DNA from: Longimicrobiales bacterium
Lineage (GTDB): Bacteria > Gemmatimonadota > Gemmatimonadetes > Longimicrobiales > Gaopeijiaceae
Direction of reading: 5' to 3'
Length of the DNA stretch: 64,000 bases
NCBI GenBank assembly: GCA_965248195.1
Contig: CBDFIQ010000002.1
Span: forward strand, 2,944,001-3,008,000
The notes under the pieces were generated by a model, which was not told the origin of the DNA, made no database searches, and saw nothing but the letters and a program-made list of their open reading frames with translations. Of the stretch, positions 61,991-64,000 are shown piece by piece. The position numbers and the translations under genes are program-made. The stretch's first letter is position 1. Every line of letters begins with the position of its first letter.

Positions 61991-63024
61991 CAGTACGAAA
62001 GCGGATCGTAAGTCTCGGAGAGATTATGCTTCGCCTCAAGTCGCCGGGCCACGAACGGCTCCTCCAGACGCCGCACCTCGAAGCGACCTTTGGGGGCGCC
62101 GAAAGTAATGTGGCCGTTTCGTTGGCTAACTACGGCCTCGATGCGGCTTTTGTCACCGTCCTCCCCTCGAACCCGATCGGCGACGCCGCCATCGGCGAGC
62201 TCCAGCGTTTCGGCGTCGACATCCGTCTCATCGCACGGGGCGGTGAGCGAGTGGGTACCTATTTTCTGGAGACCGGAGCGAATCAACGGTCGAGCCGAGT
62301 CGTTTACGACAGGGCCTACTCCTCGATCGCCACGGCACGCCTCGACGCCTTCGACTGGGATGCAATCTTCACCGGTGCCGACTGGTTCCACCTGAGCGGT
62401 ATCACCCCGGGAATCAGCACGTCAGCCGCGGAGCTTTCGCTCGAGGCAGTTCGGCAGGCGCGGGCCCTGGGGGTCACGGTCTCGTGCGATTACAACTACC
62501 GCAAGAAACTTTGGCAGTATGGGAAGTCGGCCCCCGAAGTGATACGAGACCTGGTAGCGCAGGTGCAGATTGGTATCGCCAACGAGGAAGATTGCCAGCG
62601 TGCGCTCGGGATCGAGCTGGATGTCGACGTGGCGGAGGGTGCCCTGGACCGGGACCGTTATCGTCACCTCGCTGAGCGCGTGCTCGAGGCGTTTCCGAAC
62701 CTCGAGAAACAGGTGATTACGCTGCGCGAAAGCAAGAGCGCCGACAACAACGGCTGGGGTGCCTGCCTACACGATGGGCGGAATTTCAGGCTCAGCCGAA
62801 GATACGAAATTACCGACATCGTCGATCGCGTCGGCAGTGGCGACGCGTTCGCGGCGGGACTGATCTACGGTCTTTTGGCCCGCGCCGACGATCAGTGGGC
62901 GCTGGAATTCGCGACTGCAGCCGGATGCCTGAAGCATTCAATCCCCGGCGACTTCCATCGAGTCGGCGTGGCTGAGGTTGAGACGCTGATGGAGGGTAGC
63001 GGAACCGGCCGGGTCCAGCGGTGA
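61987..63024 (+). CDS. kdgK: 2-keto-3-deoxygluconate kinase (PfkB)
   Basis: [32 protein letters not shown]. Confidence 0.9.
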   Translation: MTVRKRIVSLGEIMLRLKSPGHERLLQTPHLEATFGGAESNVAVSLANYGLDAAFVTVLPSNPIGDAAIGELQRFGVDIRLIARGGERVGTYFLETGANQRSSRVVYDRAYSSIATARLDAFDWDAIFTGADWFHLSGITPGISTSAAELSLEAVRQARALGVTVSCDYNYRKKLWQYGKSAPEVIRDLVAQVQIGIANEEDCQRALGIELDVDVAEGALDRDRYRHLAERVLEAFPNLEKQVITLRESKSADNNGWGACLHDGRNFRLSRRYEITDIVDRVGSGDAFAAGLIYGLLARADDQWALEFATAAGCLKHSIPGDFHRVGVAEVETLMEGSGTGRVQR

Positions 63025-63152
63025 TGGTCAGGACGCCTTGCTAATTACACAAGCGCCATCCACTATTGGTGCAAAGGAAACTTCGGGAGGATTTCGCGAT
63101 GTTCGCCGAAGAGTAAGGTACGGGGCTCGCCTACCTCTGCGGGGAGGAAGAG

Positions 63153-63650
63153 ATGAACGCACCGAATAGGTTCCGACGCGCACGCGAAGCCGCGGTCGTT
63201 TTGCTGGCTTCTACCTTCACGGCTTGCGCCAGCCGGCCCGAAGGCGAACCCCTCCCCGCGGTCGATTCTCCGGACGAGGTGCAGGTCGGCTACGGCACGC
63301 AGGATTCGCGTGACCTGACCGGTGCGGTAGCATCCGTGACCCAAGACGACCTCGACGGGTGGGATGTCACGACGCTGGAGGACGTGATCAATGGCCGTTT
63401 CGCCGGCGTGCGCGCGACCCGTGGGCGGAATGGTCAGATCTCGATTCGCATTCGTGGCACCTCATCACTGATGGGGAGTGGCGAGCCACTCTACGTCATT
63501 GATGGCATGCCATTGTACGCCGGCGCGTCGGCCATTTCGGCCCTCAACCCGAAGGACATTTCGCGCATCGACATCCTCAAGGATGCAGGGGCAACCGCGA
63601 TCTACGGCAGCCGTGGCACCAATGGCGTCGTCGTCATCACGACCAGGTGA
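63153..63650 (+). CDS. Stand-alone TonB-dependent receptor plug-domain lipoprotein
   Basis: VGYGTQ, TGAV, IRIRG, PLYVIDG, LKDAGATAIYGSRGTNGVVVITT, then stop. Confidence 0.85.
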   Translation: MNAPNRFRRAREAAVVLLASTFTACASRPEGEPLPAVDSPDEVQVGYGTQDSRDLTGAVASVTQDDLDGWDVTTLEDVINGRFAGVRATRGRNGQISIRIRGTSSLMGSGEPLYVIDGMPLYAGASAISALNPKDISRIDILKDAGATAIYGSRGTNGVVVITTR

Positions 63651-63751
63651 GGGCCTGAACGAGCTGGATCGGCACGAGTAAGATGAATCAGCCGAAGCAT
63701 GAGTACTTTGATCGCCGAAGGGCGAGCAATTTCTCAACCCATGGGGGACAC

Positions 63752-64000
63752 ATGCACAAGACCATACGTTTGATTGCGCTTAGCTTACTGACTTTGCTGG
63801 TTGGTGTAGCTGCGATGGCGGCTCCCGCACAGGGGCAGGTGGTCGGCACCGTTACGGTGGAAGGAACAGGAGAGCCACTCGTGTCCGCCGAGGTCTTCGT
63901 CGAAGGGACGGCGATCGGGCTCCTCACGAACCCAAATGGCCGGTTCACCCTGCTCAACGTCCCGGCGGGGCCACAGACCATCGTCGCCCGACGGCTCGGA
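63752..64000 (+). CDS. SusC/RagA-like TonB-dependent receptor, 3'-partial
   Basis: Signal peptide and carboxypeptidase-regulatory-like domain (GTVT, GEPL, GRFTL, VPAG). Confidence 0.75.
   Translation, partial: MHKTIRLIALSLLTLLVGVAAMAAPAQGQVVGTVTVEGTGEPLVSAEVFVEGTAIGLLTNPNGRFTLLNVPAGPQTIVARRLG

Overview
GC-rich bacterial accessory region. Its gene content (Ser/Thr kinases with TPR or cyclase domains, NHL beta-propellers, PQQ dehydrogenases, DUF1800/DUF1501, DUF5916, SusC-like receptor) suggests Gemmatimonadota or a similar lineage; this is inference. The window is a mosaic of short modules separated by non-coding mobile-element signals. (1) Up to seven co-oriented, transposase-less copies of an IS91/ISCR-like oriIS end. 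Most finish in CCTATC followed by CTTC/CTTG, and four carry a conserved TTGAC-N17-CACGTT outward promoter. They sit at module junctions, twice directly against 5'-truncated genes. (2) Three ungapped attP-like junctions (integrase-arm-like sequence, 3' half of tRNA-Lys(UUU), terminator) bracket 2-3 kb integrase-free cassettes carrying NHL-repeat genes; a fourth, partial copy lies near 20.1 kb. Insertion sequences: an IS3 in acs, an IS256 in a DUF5916 signal peptide, an IS3 truncating a TIR-STAND module, an internally deleted IS1595 abutting tRNA-Gly, and IS6 remnants. Also present: tRNA-Gly and tRNA-Cys, a soxCD-like pair, a uppS operon with a visible operator, and hexuronate catabolism genes. 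All calls come from reading the sequence; no searches were run.
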